The notes beneath the pieces were generated by a model. That model saw only the letters and a program-made list of their open reading frames with translations. It made no database searches and was not told where the DNA came from. The translations under genes were made by a program, and so were the position numbers. From assembly GCF_036321535.1 (NCBI RefSeq), contig NC_087436.1, positions 91,948,001-92,012,000 of the forward strand: a stretch of 64,000 bases of DNA. Direction: 5' to 3'. Source of the DNA: Camelus dromedarius. Its lineage: Eukaryota. This document shows positions 1 to 12,105 of this stretch, piece after piece (positions within the stretch are counted from its first letter, which is position 1; every line of letters begins with the position of its first letter).

Positions 1-56
1 TCCTGAGCTAGTCAGAAGTGGCCAGGGGTCTCGGTCTATTGTACAAATTGTCAGAA

Positions 57-98
57 CTCTCTCTCTCTTTCTCTCTCTTTCTCCCTCTCCCTCTCTCT

Positions 99-157
<59 letters not shown>

Positions 158-159
158 AC
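57..159. repeat. Compound (CT)n(CA)n microsatellite
   Basis: Imperfect CT tract 57-132 runs directly into a CA tract 133-158. Confidence 0.97.
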
Positions 160-794
160 CCCCCTAAGAAAACATGGTGGATATCCCTTACACATGCTCA
201 GAGCAAAGTTTCAATTCGACTCTTTTTCCAAGGTACAGTTTGGGAAGTGTGTTAGACCCCTCTCAAGGGATCCTCCCAGATTTTACCTTTCCCTCGTTTG
301 AGCTGTCCCTGCAGCAGGAGCTCCGTGTGAGCCGCAGTCCCCTTCATGCAGGTAGAAGCTGACCACAACTTTCTTCTCACCAGCCTATGTTGTCCTCAAG
401 TCCTGTCCTGGAGCTCCCCTCCTCAGGGTTTAGAAGGCATAAATGAACAGAAAGGAGAGGAATTTCACATCCTTTCTTTGTCGAGGGAAAGAGTTAGTGG
501 ATAAAGTCTTACCCCTTTCACTCCCCAACCCCCTCCCCAGTGAACTGTCCTGAGGCACAAGCATACAGCTCCTTATTAAATGGCCCCAAAATACCAAACA
601 GTCAGACTCACGCAGTGACAGTCATCTCAATAGCACATCCTCAAACGGATTATCTCGCTGTGTCTCCTTTCCTCGCCCCTCACTTCTGCTTCCTGGGATT
701 AGACTCTCTAAGTAAAAACTATCAGCCTTTGCCTCGGGCTCTGCTCAGTCTGGGGAAAGCAGGCTAAATCAGGAGGAGTTTCTTTACCTCGTTG

Positions 795-1080
795 ATTCAT
801 TCATCAAGCAAATAATAGAAGCTGAAAAAACTAAAGCTTTCAGATGCTTCATACATCGCTTCAAAAACATTTACTGAGCGGTTATTAAATGTGCCGTGGA
901 TGCAGTGGTGCCTAAGAAGACCCTGCCTCTGCCCTCCAGAAGCTTACAGCCCCTTCGGAGATACATCAAAATTGTCAACAAAGAAAAGTTAATTAGACAC
1001 TGTGTTAAGTGCTAAGAAAGAAATCAAGTGGTATCCTGAGAAAGAAACTAGTCGAAGGGGACTCCCTTAGACAAGGCTGC
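795..1080 (-). mobile_element. L2 LINE 3' end fragment
   Basis: ttcattcattc...catttactgagc...cctgcctctgccctccagaagcttacag is the reverse complement of the L2 3' end and (TGAA)n tail. Confidence 0.65.
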
Positions 1081-1089
1081 GTTGGTGGA

Positions 1090-1560
1090 TGTTTAACAGA
1101 GTTCTTAGTTGTGAGCAGCAGAAGCCGACTCTGGCTGGTTACCAGGAAAGTTCGGGTAGCTTACAACATCGCGGAGAGGACTGGAGAACCAGGCTCGGAG
1201 ACAAAGCATTCCAGGACAAAACCCGAAAGCATGCAACTGAACCGGCCTGATGAAGGAATAGTTGTGATGTTTCTGCACGATGGTCATAAGTTGTTTCTCC
1301 GGCTCACCGATGTCACTTTGGTACGGAGAACTTGACTTTCTAACCACCGAAATACTGCCACCATTTCCACCGTGGAAGACATCACTGTTGCCTTCAGTGA
1401 CAGCCAAAGGGGAAAAGGGGCTCCCATTCCGAGCCTTGGGGAGTATTGAGAGTGTGTTCGCTTGGTGGGTCTTGGTCATCTATCTGCATCTAAGGCAAGG
1501 GAGCCGGGATTTTGAGTGATGGTGTTTGTGTTGGGCAGGTGAATCTCCTGATGTAGGGAT
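1090..1560 (-). mobile_element. Old MaLR (MLT1K/L/N-like) LTR, degenerate
   Basis: gttcttagttgtgagcagcagaagccgactctggct and ggtcatctatctgcatctaaggcaagggagccggg resemble old MLT1 motifs; subfamily uncertain. Confidence 0.45.
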
Positions 1561-1660
1561 TCCCATACATGGAGAGAGGCAGCCATAACAGGTCAGATGC
1601 CATTAGAAGAGTATATAAAGGCTTTAGAAATTTACTTCAGCAAATTACTGTGTAAAAAAC

Positions 1661-1663
<3 letters not shown>

Positions 1664-1691
<28 letters not shown>
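1664..1691. repeat. Poly(A)28 run
   Basis: Uninterrupted A run. Confidence 0.95.
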
Positions 1692-1693
<2 letters not shown>

Positions 1694-2594
1694 TTATGCT
1701 CAGATCTAGACAGAGACATAATAAGGCTATGTTAAAGAGACACTGTATCTGGATCACAGAGGGCAAAAATGACACAAGATGATGTTGGAAAGCTAGACAG
1801 GGCCACATCCTGCAGGACACCACCTCATGTTGTCCTTTAAATGTCACCCTTGTCTAGCTACCCTCTGTTCTGACAGTCAGTGTGGAGATAATCTGGAATC
1901 TATGTAAACCACAACTGTGAACTTGAAGATTCATTTTCTCTGCACTGTAAAGAGTTCAGGCACCCAGTAAATTCTCATGTGGAGTGAGTGGATGGTACAA
2001 AGGATGAATTTTTATATAAAGATTTTAGTCTTAAAATTGGAATATTTTAATAAGACTTCAACATTTCCATTTGGATGCTAAAGTTCTGAACTGGAATATG
2101 ACTAATAATCATGTTTCTCCAGCTATTTATGATGTTTTGAAAAACAGAACTACAAAAAATATTACTGCATTTTCTTTTCAGGTAAACTGTAACCATATGC
2201 ATATTTTCCTAAATCACAATATAAATCCACAAATAATCATTTATGGAATTAATACATCTGTAGCTGAGTTTCTGTGCACATTAATTTTTCCATCACTAGA
2301 AATTAGATTTTAAACATTCTCGTTAGAAACCCAACTTTGGGCAATATTTAAGGACAAATAGTATGTCGCCTTGAAGGTTTGAAGGTATTAATACATAGTG
2401 TGTGAAATACGTCTGTGTAATACCTCCAATCTTTTATTCTCTTTCTGAAATGACACATGATACAGAAGCATGTAAATATTTTACCTTGGGGAGAAATCTG
2501 GGGGTGGGGGGGTTGTTACAAAGAATAAACCAGTTTGAGATATGTGGCTACCTGCTACACATTTTCTGAGTTTGTAGCAAGAGATTACTTACTA

Positions 2595-2790
2595 TAATAA
2601 CTAACAGCAACTATTTCTGAGCATGGCCACATGAAATATCACATTTACTCCTTACCTGAGTGAAGTGGTTACTCTTCCCATTTTACAAACAGAAGAATGA
2701 TGGTTTACTGACCTTCCAAATATTGCCAAGCTAACATAACAAAGAATGTCACATAGCTGCATGGAACACATGAGCTGGAGAGTCCATCCA
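2595..2790 (-). mobile_element. MIR SINE fragment
   Basis: cccattttacaaacagaagaa matches the reverse-complemented MIR core. Confidence 0.55.
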
Positions 2791-5167
2791 GCTCCTTGGT
2801 CAATGAATGTGATGGCCTTACTCTCCAACACTGTCACCAGATTCTGACCATTCTTCAGTAAATAGCTCTGCTGGTATGTATTTATAGACTAGTTATAGTA
2901 GCAAAATCCTCACTATGTACAGATTCTTCTAATAGAAGGACAATATAAAGAGAAAAGACTAAGTACTTGCTGAGTAATAGCATACGCCAGCATGGTCACA
3001 GGAGACATCACATGTATTCCTTGCCTTGACTGATGCTGCAAAGGCTTCTCTTCCAGGGGAGCCTACAGGAGGAGAAATGCTCAGAGAAGTTGTGCATGAA
3101 GAGAACAATGTGATGTAGTAAGTCCAGCCTAACACTAGCTAATGATAGCCTGGTTCCATGGGTCTCTACATTTCTCTGGAATCAGAATCCTAACTGTCTA
3201 TTTTGGGGCTTAGTTCTGGAAGTCCCCAGAATGCATCTCATATGCACTTACAGATACATTTGGCTGCAGTCACTAAAATAGCAATGAGGTTTTTTGTAGC
3301 TCTTAATGTGCTGAAACCACAAAGGTGTTCTGTGCCAAGAGCAGCGCTTGAGACGATCTGCTTTCATCAAGCAGTAACCTCTTGAGAATTTCTCAAGAAC
3401 ACATTGTAACAGCTGAGAAGTAAGCATCTGGATTCACATCTGAATTAGGAGCAGTTAAACATTTTCTCTTTGTCTTCTAGTTCTAGTTCGTTCTCCAAAT
3501 ATCCTAGCTTCCTTGTATGTACTTTAAATTTCTATTAGCTTTTCTTGAATGACGTATAAAGGTATTATCCACCCATTTCTTCCAGATGTCACCTATGGGG
3601 AAGCTATTCCAAGCTGATTCTCAATTTTGCAGATCTGAAAATCTGATTTAGTTCGTTCACTCAGAAGACAGACTCAAGCCAACAAAATTTTAAAATACTG
3701 ATTTCTAAATCGGATGCCAACTTACTAATTTATAGGAAGGATATTTATTACCTAGGGACATAAATATTCATGTTTATAAGTGGACTATGATTAGAAATTT
3801 TCAGTTATTCTGATTTATATTTATACATTTATCAACATCTGTATTTTCCCAGTAACATGAGTGTTCAGAAGAGCTGACTTTCCCTACTTTATTAGAAAGA
3901 AACAGGTATAACACAAAATACGCCTACCAAAGATATTTAAGTCGTGTACAATAGAAAAGTGTCAATATCTATTTGACACTTGGTCTACAGATGCCAACTT
4001 TTCAGGTGTTTCCATTTCATTGAAATGATGAACATGGACTGGGAAAAAACTGGGTAGAGAGACATAAATCATTTTTCTCACTTGTGGTCTCCCAGCAATT
4101 ATATTACAGCATCAATTCAGATGCTCAGGCAACTGAACTACATACGTCATTCAAAAGTCCTCAGATGAGAAGTTGATATAATGTCTTCCTGACCTGGCAT
4201 TCAGAATGAATTAGTAATATTATTTTTACTAAACTCAGGTCATACTTTGAATAAGGTAGAATTTTTTTTTAATTTAAAGAGATAGAGTGTATGTTTTAAT
4301 GATTTTAAAATTCCAAACTTTGTATCGCTACACATTTTCTACTTCCAAAAAATTAAGTGCTCCCTCTTTCCCTCCATCATTCAATTATTACTAATGTCAC
4401 AGATTTGATGCCAATATTAATGTCCTTAAAAAGGTAAAATGTTATGAAGGTAAAGGATGTCTTACACACTCACCTCACAATATTATGATTGTGATCTCTG
4501 CCAAGGAGTAATAATCAAAAGCAAAGGAGAGAATGCTCCTAAGCAGAAGAGGCTGGCTCCCCAGTTTTGTGTTATCACTACTACAGTTTTCACTCTCCGT
4601 AATCTATTACTCAGGATTATTTTTTAAGGTACTTTTTATTCTCGATTCATTAGCTGAATAATAAGGTAGAGATGCAACAAAATAGTAGATATAAAATAGA
4701 CCAGTTTTTATAACGCTGCACATGAATGATACAGACTTGAATAGAACAGAGACTTGGATTATAACTAATGGAAAAATAAACCAAACACTCAAATAGACAT
4801 TATCTAAGATAAACTCAAATGACGTGCACCATTATCTCATAATAACTCACTATGTCTATATAGTTCTTCTATCATTTGAATAGTGTTTCCAGTGGCAAAT
4901 CTTGTTTTCTTCTGAAAATGGCTTCAAACATAGTTGTAATTATTTCTTTTTCTATTTTAAGAAATATACCTGCTATTGTTGATTTAGTCGAGCGTCTGTA
5001 AGATCTGAAGCAGCACACTGAGCACACAAAGAATTATGGCTGTGTCTTAAAGTAAGATTGATATGTCATTAACTGAACAAATTCTCTCATAAATTGCCCC
5101 TGAAACTAAAGGATCAGCTCTTTTGTGGAGGAGACTGGAGTCTTCACATTGACAATTTCATGTAGTC

Positions 5168-5360
5168 TTTTTTTCTTTCTTTCTTCCTTCCTTCCTTTCT
5201 TTTTATTCTTATTTTTATTGAAGTGTAGTCTATTTACGATGTTAGTTTCAGGTGTATAGCAAAGCGATTGAATTATACATATACTTTTTTTCAGTTTCTT
5301 TTTCATTGCAGTTCATTACAAGAAATTGAATATAGTTCCCTGTGCTCTACAGTAGGTTTT
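5168..5360 (-). mobile_element. 5'-truncated L1 3' end (artiodactyl type) with T/CT-rich tail
   Basis: tttttattgaagtgtagtc...gtttcaggtgtatagcaaagcgatt...tgaatatagttccctgtgctctacagtagg; similar to the L1 ends at 37.85 kb and 52.0 kb. Confidence 0.85.
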
Positions 5361-6454
5361 GTTTCGTCTTCTTAAGTCTACACACTAGGGTGTCAAAAAT
5401 AGGAGGTGAACTTAGGGGATCTAAAGAAAGCTGGAGATAGCTACGTGCTACATCACAGCTCTTCCTAATTCTTTTATCATATTCCCTACAAATGAATCAC
5501 GTTCAACAGGTAAGAAAAGCACTTTCTATAGGAAAAAAAAAATCACCAAAATAATCACGAATGCTGTCTGTTTCTCAGACAACAGGTAGTTCACTTTAAC
5601 CATCACTTTCCTTTTTAACTCTCTCCTGACTCACATGTTTGTTGAAAACTAGCTGATAGGCACGTTTATGAATGTGTGTCTGTATCTGTCGGTATCTGTT
5701 ATACCCTGAAACTCAGTGGCCCTGTTTTTCTCTTGTTCTTGCTGCTACACATTTCAGCAATTTACTCCAAGTCCACATCTGCCTAAGTGCTTTAACTATT
5801 CCAGAGAGCAGTTACAGTATTACAGAGATCTTCTACTGCATGCTAAACCAGATATTTAACTTGTTCAAATGCTACAAAGGCCAGTGCAGTGGTATGGCCA
5901 ACAGTCACTCCCTGAATTCTACAACCCTCAACCTTAGGTTCAGAGAGTTGGCTATTTTTTGTTTTGCTTTGTTTTATTTTAAACTGAGTCCTTTAGTTCT
6001 CTTGGGTAGCTATGCATTGCTTTGCAACTAATTCTGAGACCTGACACTTCCAGGAGAAGATAGATCCTACAGTGTGAGCAGAGTTTTCCTGGTTGGGGTT
6101 AATTTATGGGGAAATCGTGTTAAGGACTCTCTCTAGGCACATGGATATTTGAGTTCAGGGCCTTAAGCTTTAGGCATAAGTTGCCCTCATCTATGTTGTC
6201 TGGCTCCCCATGTCACCTCTACTGCCTGAATTAAATTGCATTTTAACTAGTCCTTTATCCTAGGCATTTATTTTATACATTGGTTATAAATTTGTTCGGC
6301 TTTCTTAAGAGTTCAGCTTTGTTATAGCTAAAAGCTGATTGTCTGCTCATTGAGAATGACTGCTATGTTTAGGTCAGTATATGACTAGGGTGGGAGTTTA
6401 AATTTATCTAATAATGAAAGTCCCTTTTGAGGATCAATATATACACTGGAAATT

Positions 6455-7500
6455 CTTTGGCCCTACTCCTTGGCAAAACGGCATTAAAAGTCTAGGACAG
6501 GGAAACTGAAAGGTACTTCTGGGTAATTTTGTGGGGCCAAGAAGTAAGAAAATGATTTTTTTTTTCATTATGAAGACATATCCAAAGGAAACAGGAGTCA
6601 ATTTGAAATGGCTTCCAATGGCCAAATCTGGACAATTTAAGGAGCAAAATAAAATAATGATAGCGATAAAGTATAACCCATAGAATAAATCAGGTATCCA
6701 TGAGATCATGCTAATATAAATGGATAATTGAATAAAAATGAGTAAAAAAAAGGGAAAGCTCTTCCTTGTCATTAAATTCCAATGAATAAATTTAGCAGTA
6801 ATGATGAAAAAAGAAAATCCACCATTTAAAAAATATCACATAAATAATTGTTTAGGCAAGATTTACCAACAGATGCTAAAATTAGTGGGCAAAAGTAAGA
6901 TAAGACACAGGATTTACACAGTCTCCAAGTGTATCCCCTCGAGATAATGATTAATTACAAAGTAAAAAAGAGCTCCAGTAACTCGACAGTGGGGAGACTT
7001 GGCAGATGCCACGTTACACCACGTGCCTCCTGAAGTCGTGTTCCACAAACGGCACAGAAGCATGTCTGTGTATTTCTACCGATACTATATAACCTGAATT
7101 TAATCAAGAGGAGACATAGCTCAAATTGCGGCCCATTCTACAAAATAACTAGCCAGTACTCTTCCAAAGTGTCAAGGTCATGAAAGATGAAGAAAGCTGA
7201 CACATTGTCCCAGATTAAAGGAGACTATGGTGTCAGGCCAGCTAAACACAATGTGTGGCTCTAGGTCAGATAGAGGACATTCATAAGACAACAGACCAGA
7301 TTTGGATAGAATATGCAGATTATTTCACAGTACTGCATGAGTATTAATTTCCTGGGTTTGGTCATTATACTGTCATTATATAAGAGGAGGACGTGTGGGA
7401 AATCTATGTGAAGAGTATAGGGGAAGAGTAGGTGGGAATTCTCTGGGTTTTTGCAAATCTGAAACTATTTTAAATATTTTGTTTAATGGGAAAATGTTTT
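6455..7500 (+). mobile_element. Old L1 3' UTR (L1MC-like)
   Basis: ggggccaagaagtaagaaaatg, aaatggcttccaatggccaaatctggacaattt, aactagccagtactcttccaaagtgtcaaggtcatgaaaga, ending gggaattctct...aaatctgaaactattttaaaat. Confidence 0.8.
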
Positions 7501-7629
7501 TAAAAATTATAAAACAGATTTCTGCCCCCTAAAATGTTGGCATCTTTCTATTTGTCAGGAGCCCATTCATGAAAGCTGCCTCTTAGGTGACCCTGATATA
7601 CGCTAGAATCTCTAGCTACTATTATCTAA

Positions 7630-8130
7630 ACTTTGACCTTGGCGTGGACTCCCATAGCAGCCTCCTAACAACGGTCTCCTGTCCACTCTCTGTATTATAG
7701 CCAGAATGAGCTTTGTGAAACCTAAGGATGATCATATCACTTGCCTCCCATGACTCCAAGTTTTCTCTAAGGGTCAAGATGCCAACGTGCCCTCCAGTAA
7801 GAGCTTCTTCACAATGACAGTCCCTTTTCCCACGAAATGCCTCCTTCTCTCTTTGGCCTCACTGATTCTACTAATGTTTCAAACACCACCTTAAGCCTTC
7901 CCTGACCTTCTTGACTTGGTCCAACACCTCTATCATAGACATCGTAACATATGGTTCTATCTTTTTTAGCATCTGTCAGTTATAATTGTACACGCTTGTG
8001 TGGTTATTTGACTAATGCTTGCCATTCCCACTGCACTGTAAATTCCATGAAAATTTAATCAGCATTGTATCTCCAGCATTTAGACCAAAGCATAGGATTC
8101 AATAAATATTTGTTGGGGAATTAAATAAAT
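7630..8130 (+). mobile_element. L2 LINE 3' region
   Basis: agcagcctcctaac...gtctcctg, agccagaatgagctttg, ending ttcaataaatatttgttg. Confidence 0.75.
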
Positions 8131-9347
8131 AAGGTACATACAAAAGTATCTATGGTTCACTCTTCAAAAAAAAAAAACTGAAATGTTTTTCCAAAAATTG
8201 ATGTATGAAATTAAAAAGTATAATTTTTAAATTTCACCAAATAAACATATAATTTAAAGATATTAACTTCTTTATCCTTTCTTGCTAAACACACATTTTC
8301 TGTGTCTAACATAGATTTTTGGAGTTGCCTAAGACAAAGTTTTTCCTGAAATAATTAGGGCAAATATTAGTAGTTTGTACTTAATATCTTCACTCTGCCA
8401 AGGAAATTTTAGTGGATTATTTCAAAAATAGATATTCTTAAGTAGCATAATATAAGTAGAAATAAAATGTCAGACAGGAAAATATAAATTTATCAATAGA
8501 AAGATCAGCATTCTTCTGTGATTGGGATTCCCATTTGGTTTATAGAGTCAAGGCAGCAGAAGCCAAGAGAAAAATCCATTCACACAAAAAAGGAGCCCTA
8601 CCATTTCTTTAGACAGGTCCATATTTCCTTATTCTTGGTACTGCAGAGTTAGCTTTTATATGAAAGAATGGTAAACAACAATGGCTCCAGGTTTTCTTAC
8701 AAATCCTCCTCCAGCTTGGTGTCCAGCAAAGCTGGATTTGAATCCTATCTTTGTTAACTTACAAATTGCATAATTAAAGAAAAAAATCACTTCCTTATGA
8801 ACCTTTCTTTTCTCAGCTAAAATAGTGTGGCTAAAAGACCTTACTCTAGAGGATTCTTTAAGATTCAAAGCTATCGTGTGTGCGCACCTAGTACCTGGAG
8901 GTCCATGTACATCGTGTCTCCCTGTTCCTATTATCCTCCCTTAAAAACATTATATTTCTAAAAATTCTGCTTGAAGAGATATATTTTATGGCAGAGAAAA
9001 GGAGTTTTGAAAGTTATTGTGAAAAGTGGCATTTACATTTAATATTACCTTTTATTTCAAGCTTCACATTCAGGATTTAAACGTCTCTGTCCAGAGGAAG
9101 GAGGAACAAGTGACAGCCACAGGTCAGTTTATTATCCAGTGCTCAAGGCTCCCCTATATTATCAGATAAGATGTTTTTATTGGGATTCTGATAGTTCTGC
9201 TTCCTGGGATCGGAAAAGCTGAAATAGACATATATAAAAAAGAGTAGATGACAGAAAGCTGTGATATGTAGTCCAGGAGAAAAGAAGCTCGGTTTCCACA
9301 ACTAAAATTTAACCTTTCATGCTGACAAGAGCAAAGAATATTCAACC

Positions 9348-9404
9348 GGGAAGTCCCCACTGGCCTCAAAGTCTCTACTTAAAAGAAGATAAAGACCGGA
9401 AGTG
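9348..9404. promoter_or_regulatory. Candidate NF-kB (GGGAAGTCCCC) + GATA + ETS (ACCGGAAGTG) module
   Basis: kB motif 9348-9358, AGATAA 9387-9392, full ETS consensus 9395-9404; motif match only. Confidence 0.4.
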
Positions 9405-9429
9405 AGACAGAATAGAAGGCTTACATGAG

Positions 9430-9786
9430 TGCTATGGACTCAACTGAGCATCTCCACCTAAAATGTACATGCTGAAGCCTTAACCCCCAGGGTGACTACA
9501 CCTTTAGGAGGTAATTAAGGTTAAATGGGGTTATAAGGGTGGGGCCCTGATCCTCTGGAATTAGTGTTTGTACAAGAAGGGACCCCAGAGAGCCCCTCTC
9601 ACTCTCTCACTGCCGTGTGAAGACACAGGGGCCAATCTGCAAGCCAGGGAGAGAGCCCTGACCAGCAATCAGCCCTGCCAGACCTCTGGCTAGGATGTCC
9701 AGCCTCCAGAACCATGAGAAAATGCATTCCTGTTGCTTAAGCCACCAGTCTGTGACCATTTGTGATGTCCGGCCCTAAGTAACACA
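9430..9786 (+). mobile_element. MLT1A-type MaLR solo LTR
   Basis: Starts tgctatggact, contains ggtaattaaggttaaatg and cagcctccagaaccatgagaaaat, ends taacaca; degenerate 5-bp TSD ATGAG/GCGAG. Confidence 0.9.
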
Positions 9787-10046
9787 GCGAGGGATGTGTT
9801 TGACTTGACTTTCATCCCCAAAGTTCAATGGGCACAGTTTGAAAAAACAGATCCTGATCATTAAAACAAATAATAGAATAACCTATCCTAATAAGTAATT
9901 TAGTGAACACAGAGTCCAGAACTCACCAGCTAACAAGTTTATTTTCAAAAGGCCTAACCCCTGTGCCACTCATACGGACTATTTCAAGCTCCCTGTGTCT
10001 TGGCTTCAGAGTCTGCTTTTACTCTGGCTAGATGGCAGACTGTGAA

Positions 10047-10058
10047 GGGAAATTCCCC
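10047..10058. promoter_or_regulatory. Candidate NF-kB site GGGAAATTCCCC
   Basis: Contains GGGAAATTCC (IFN-beta PRDII-type kB site); motif match only. Confidence 0.4.
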
Positions 10059-11148
10059 CTTGTCTAATTAAAGGTATAGTTAATTTATCCCCCTTTTTGC
10101 AACACAAATAGTGAAGTTCTGATTAATCAGCTCTAGAGCAAAAGTAAACACTGCTTCACTTAATTAAGAATTATATTTCTCTGGGGGGTTGATTACAGCA
10201 GGGAGTTGGGATAAGCCTCTTCTAAATAAGTGTTGCTTGCAGGACAATCTCAGAGACAGACCTTGGGGACTTGTGCATCAGGATAAACAAGAATATGTTC
10301 AGACATCAATTAGGTCTCTCCACATTTTCATTCTCAACAAGGAATGGGTGTAGAAAGAGAGGCCAAGGGGACTTGGAAGAATTTTAGAATGATTGAGACA
10401 CAAGGGTCCAGTTAGTTATTATCCAGAGAACAACTATTCAGGTAATCACTGCTAAAAGAAAAGCCAGGTGAGTTATATGCACATAGAACTAGCATGGCTA
10501 CTGTGCATATTCCAATTTAAATGCTACCTAAAGGTAGCATCCTGATTTACTAAAAGTATAATAATCGCAACATTGCAACGTTACCTTAGTATCACTGTAT
10601 CTAATTACATATGATCATTCCATCAAGAGCGACATTTCATTTTCCAGTCCCATGCCCATGGGTAACTCTTCACTGTCTATTTCTGAAGAAGAGACATAAT
10701 CTCAGGTTAGGGAGCACTGAAGATCTCGAAGGTAGCAATCAAAATCTCTACCTGGTTCAAGGTCCAGGCAGATAACAGGAAAGAGCAAACAGGCTTGATG
10801 TAAGGAACTGAGGAAGATGGAGACTGATACCCTAGAGAACTTTGATCCTCTGGCGGATGACAGGCCGGGGGTGGTGCAGAATGGAGAGCTTCTCATTGTC
10901 AAGCCCTCATCACACATGTGGGAAGGAATACCTGGCCAGTGTATCCTGATTTTTCAAAAAGAAAAATGAAAATCCTCGTTTTCAGTATAAAATATTCTGG
11001 CTTTTATATGTTTGCTGATTGTAAAACTACTTTTAGAATAAGCAAAGCCCTTCTGCACACCTTATCTCCTCTCTCATTCTTTGTGACCTCTGAATGGTGA
11101 AAATTGAGCAATGTTTTTCCCTTTTATAAAGGTAGGAAATGTACATTT

Positions 11149-11152
<4 letters not shown>

Positions 11153-11188
<36 letters not shown>
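11153..11188. repeat. (AT)18 microsatellite
   Basis: Perfect AT repeat. Confidence 0.97.
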
Positions 11189-11191
<3 letters not shown>

Positions 11192-11477
11192 AATACATAT
11201 AGCATATATTGTGTTTCTGTTATAGTAGAAATAATACTGAAGTAGGATTCTGGAGACCCCAGTTTTTATGTTGGTACTGCCCCTGATTAGTAAATTACCT
11301 GCTAGATCCTAGACATGCGACAATGAACCGTAGCACCTCCATCTAAACACTTGGTAGGTAAGATGTGTGATCTAAGGTTCCTTTCACCTTCAGTATCTAC
11401 AGCATTTCAGCAAAATCAGAAAGAGAAGTTAGAAGTCACATCCTCCAGCTGCTCACTCAATGTTTGAAATATTTCTA

Positions 11478-11651
11478 CAGGGCAGGCTTTATGGCCATGT
11501 GACCTGTGCAGTCACGCTGGCCCTACTCTTACAAGGATCCCGTGCTTGGTTTGATACTCTGCTGCTACTAATTTGAAAATCTTAATAATTTACCAATAGG
11601 CTCCACATTTTAACCTTATACTTGGCTTCACATATTATGTAGTCTGTCCTG
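11478..11651. mobile_element. MER91A-like hAT DNA transposon (MITE)
   Basis: Termini cagggcaggc...gtctgtcctg; internal gtgacctgtgcagtcac and gtgcttggtttgatactctgctgct match MER91. Confidence 0.85.
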
Positions 11652-11739
11652 ATCTCTAGTGTATGACCTGTTCTAGGGTCTTTATTCAGTCTACCCTACC
11701 TTTATTCTATGTTTGGAGCATTGTTTTATTGATTCTTTA

Positions 11740-12105
11740 CTTCTCCAGCTAGGATATTGCTGACCTGGACTCGGCTCAGCTGAGGATGGTTCTGTTCCAC
11801 TTGTATTTCATCTTTCTCTTGGAACCAGTGAGTTTGCAAAGGCATGTTCTTCTAATGGCAATAGCAGAAGTGAAATAAAGCAAATAGAAGCATAAAGAGC
11901 TTTTGATGCCTGGGCTCGAAACTGGCACACTACCACTTCCACCTCATTCTATCGGTCAAAAGATGATATATACCCAAACACAAATTCAGGAAGCAGAGAC
12001 ATACACACTGCCCACAGTGTGAAGGCACTACAGCCGTCCATACTAAAATGGGTCCAGGCTCAAGGTGGGGTGAAAAATGGGACCAACAACGCCATCACCA
12101 CCGTA
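11740..12105 (-). mobile_element. MLT1I/J-like MaLR LTR
   Basis: ggcatgttcttctaatggc, gaaactggcacactaccacttccacctcattctatcggtcaaa. Confidence 0.75.

Noticed and set aside
1009..1519. Overlapping 79-124 aa ORFs
   Set aside because: They lie in GC-richer repeat-derived sequence and show no homology I recognise.
10817..10969. 50-aa ORF METDTLENFDPLADD... with good Kozak context
   Set aside because: Short, unrecognised and without supporting gene structure.
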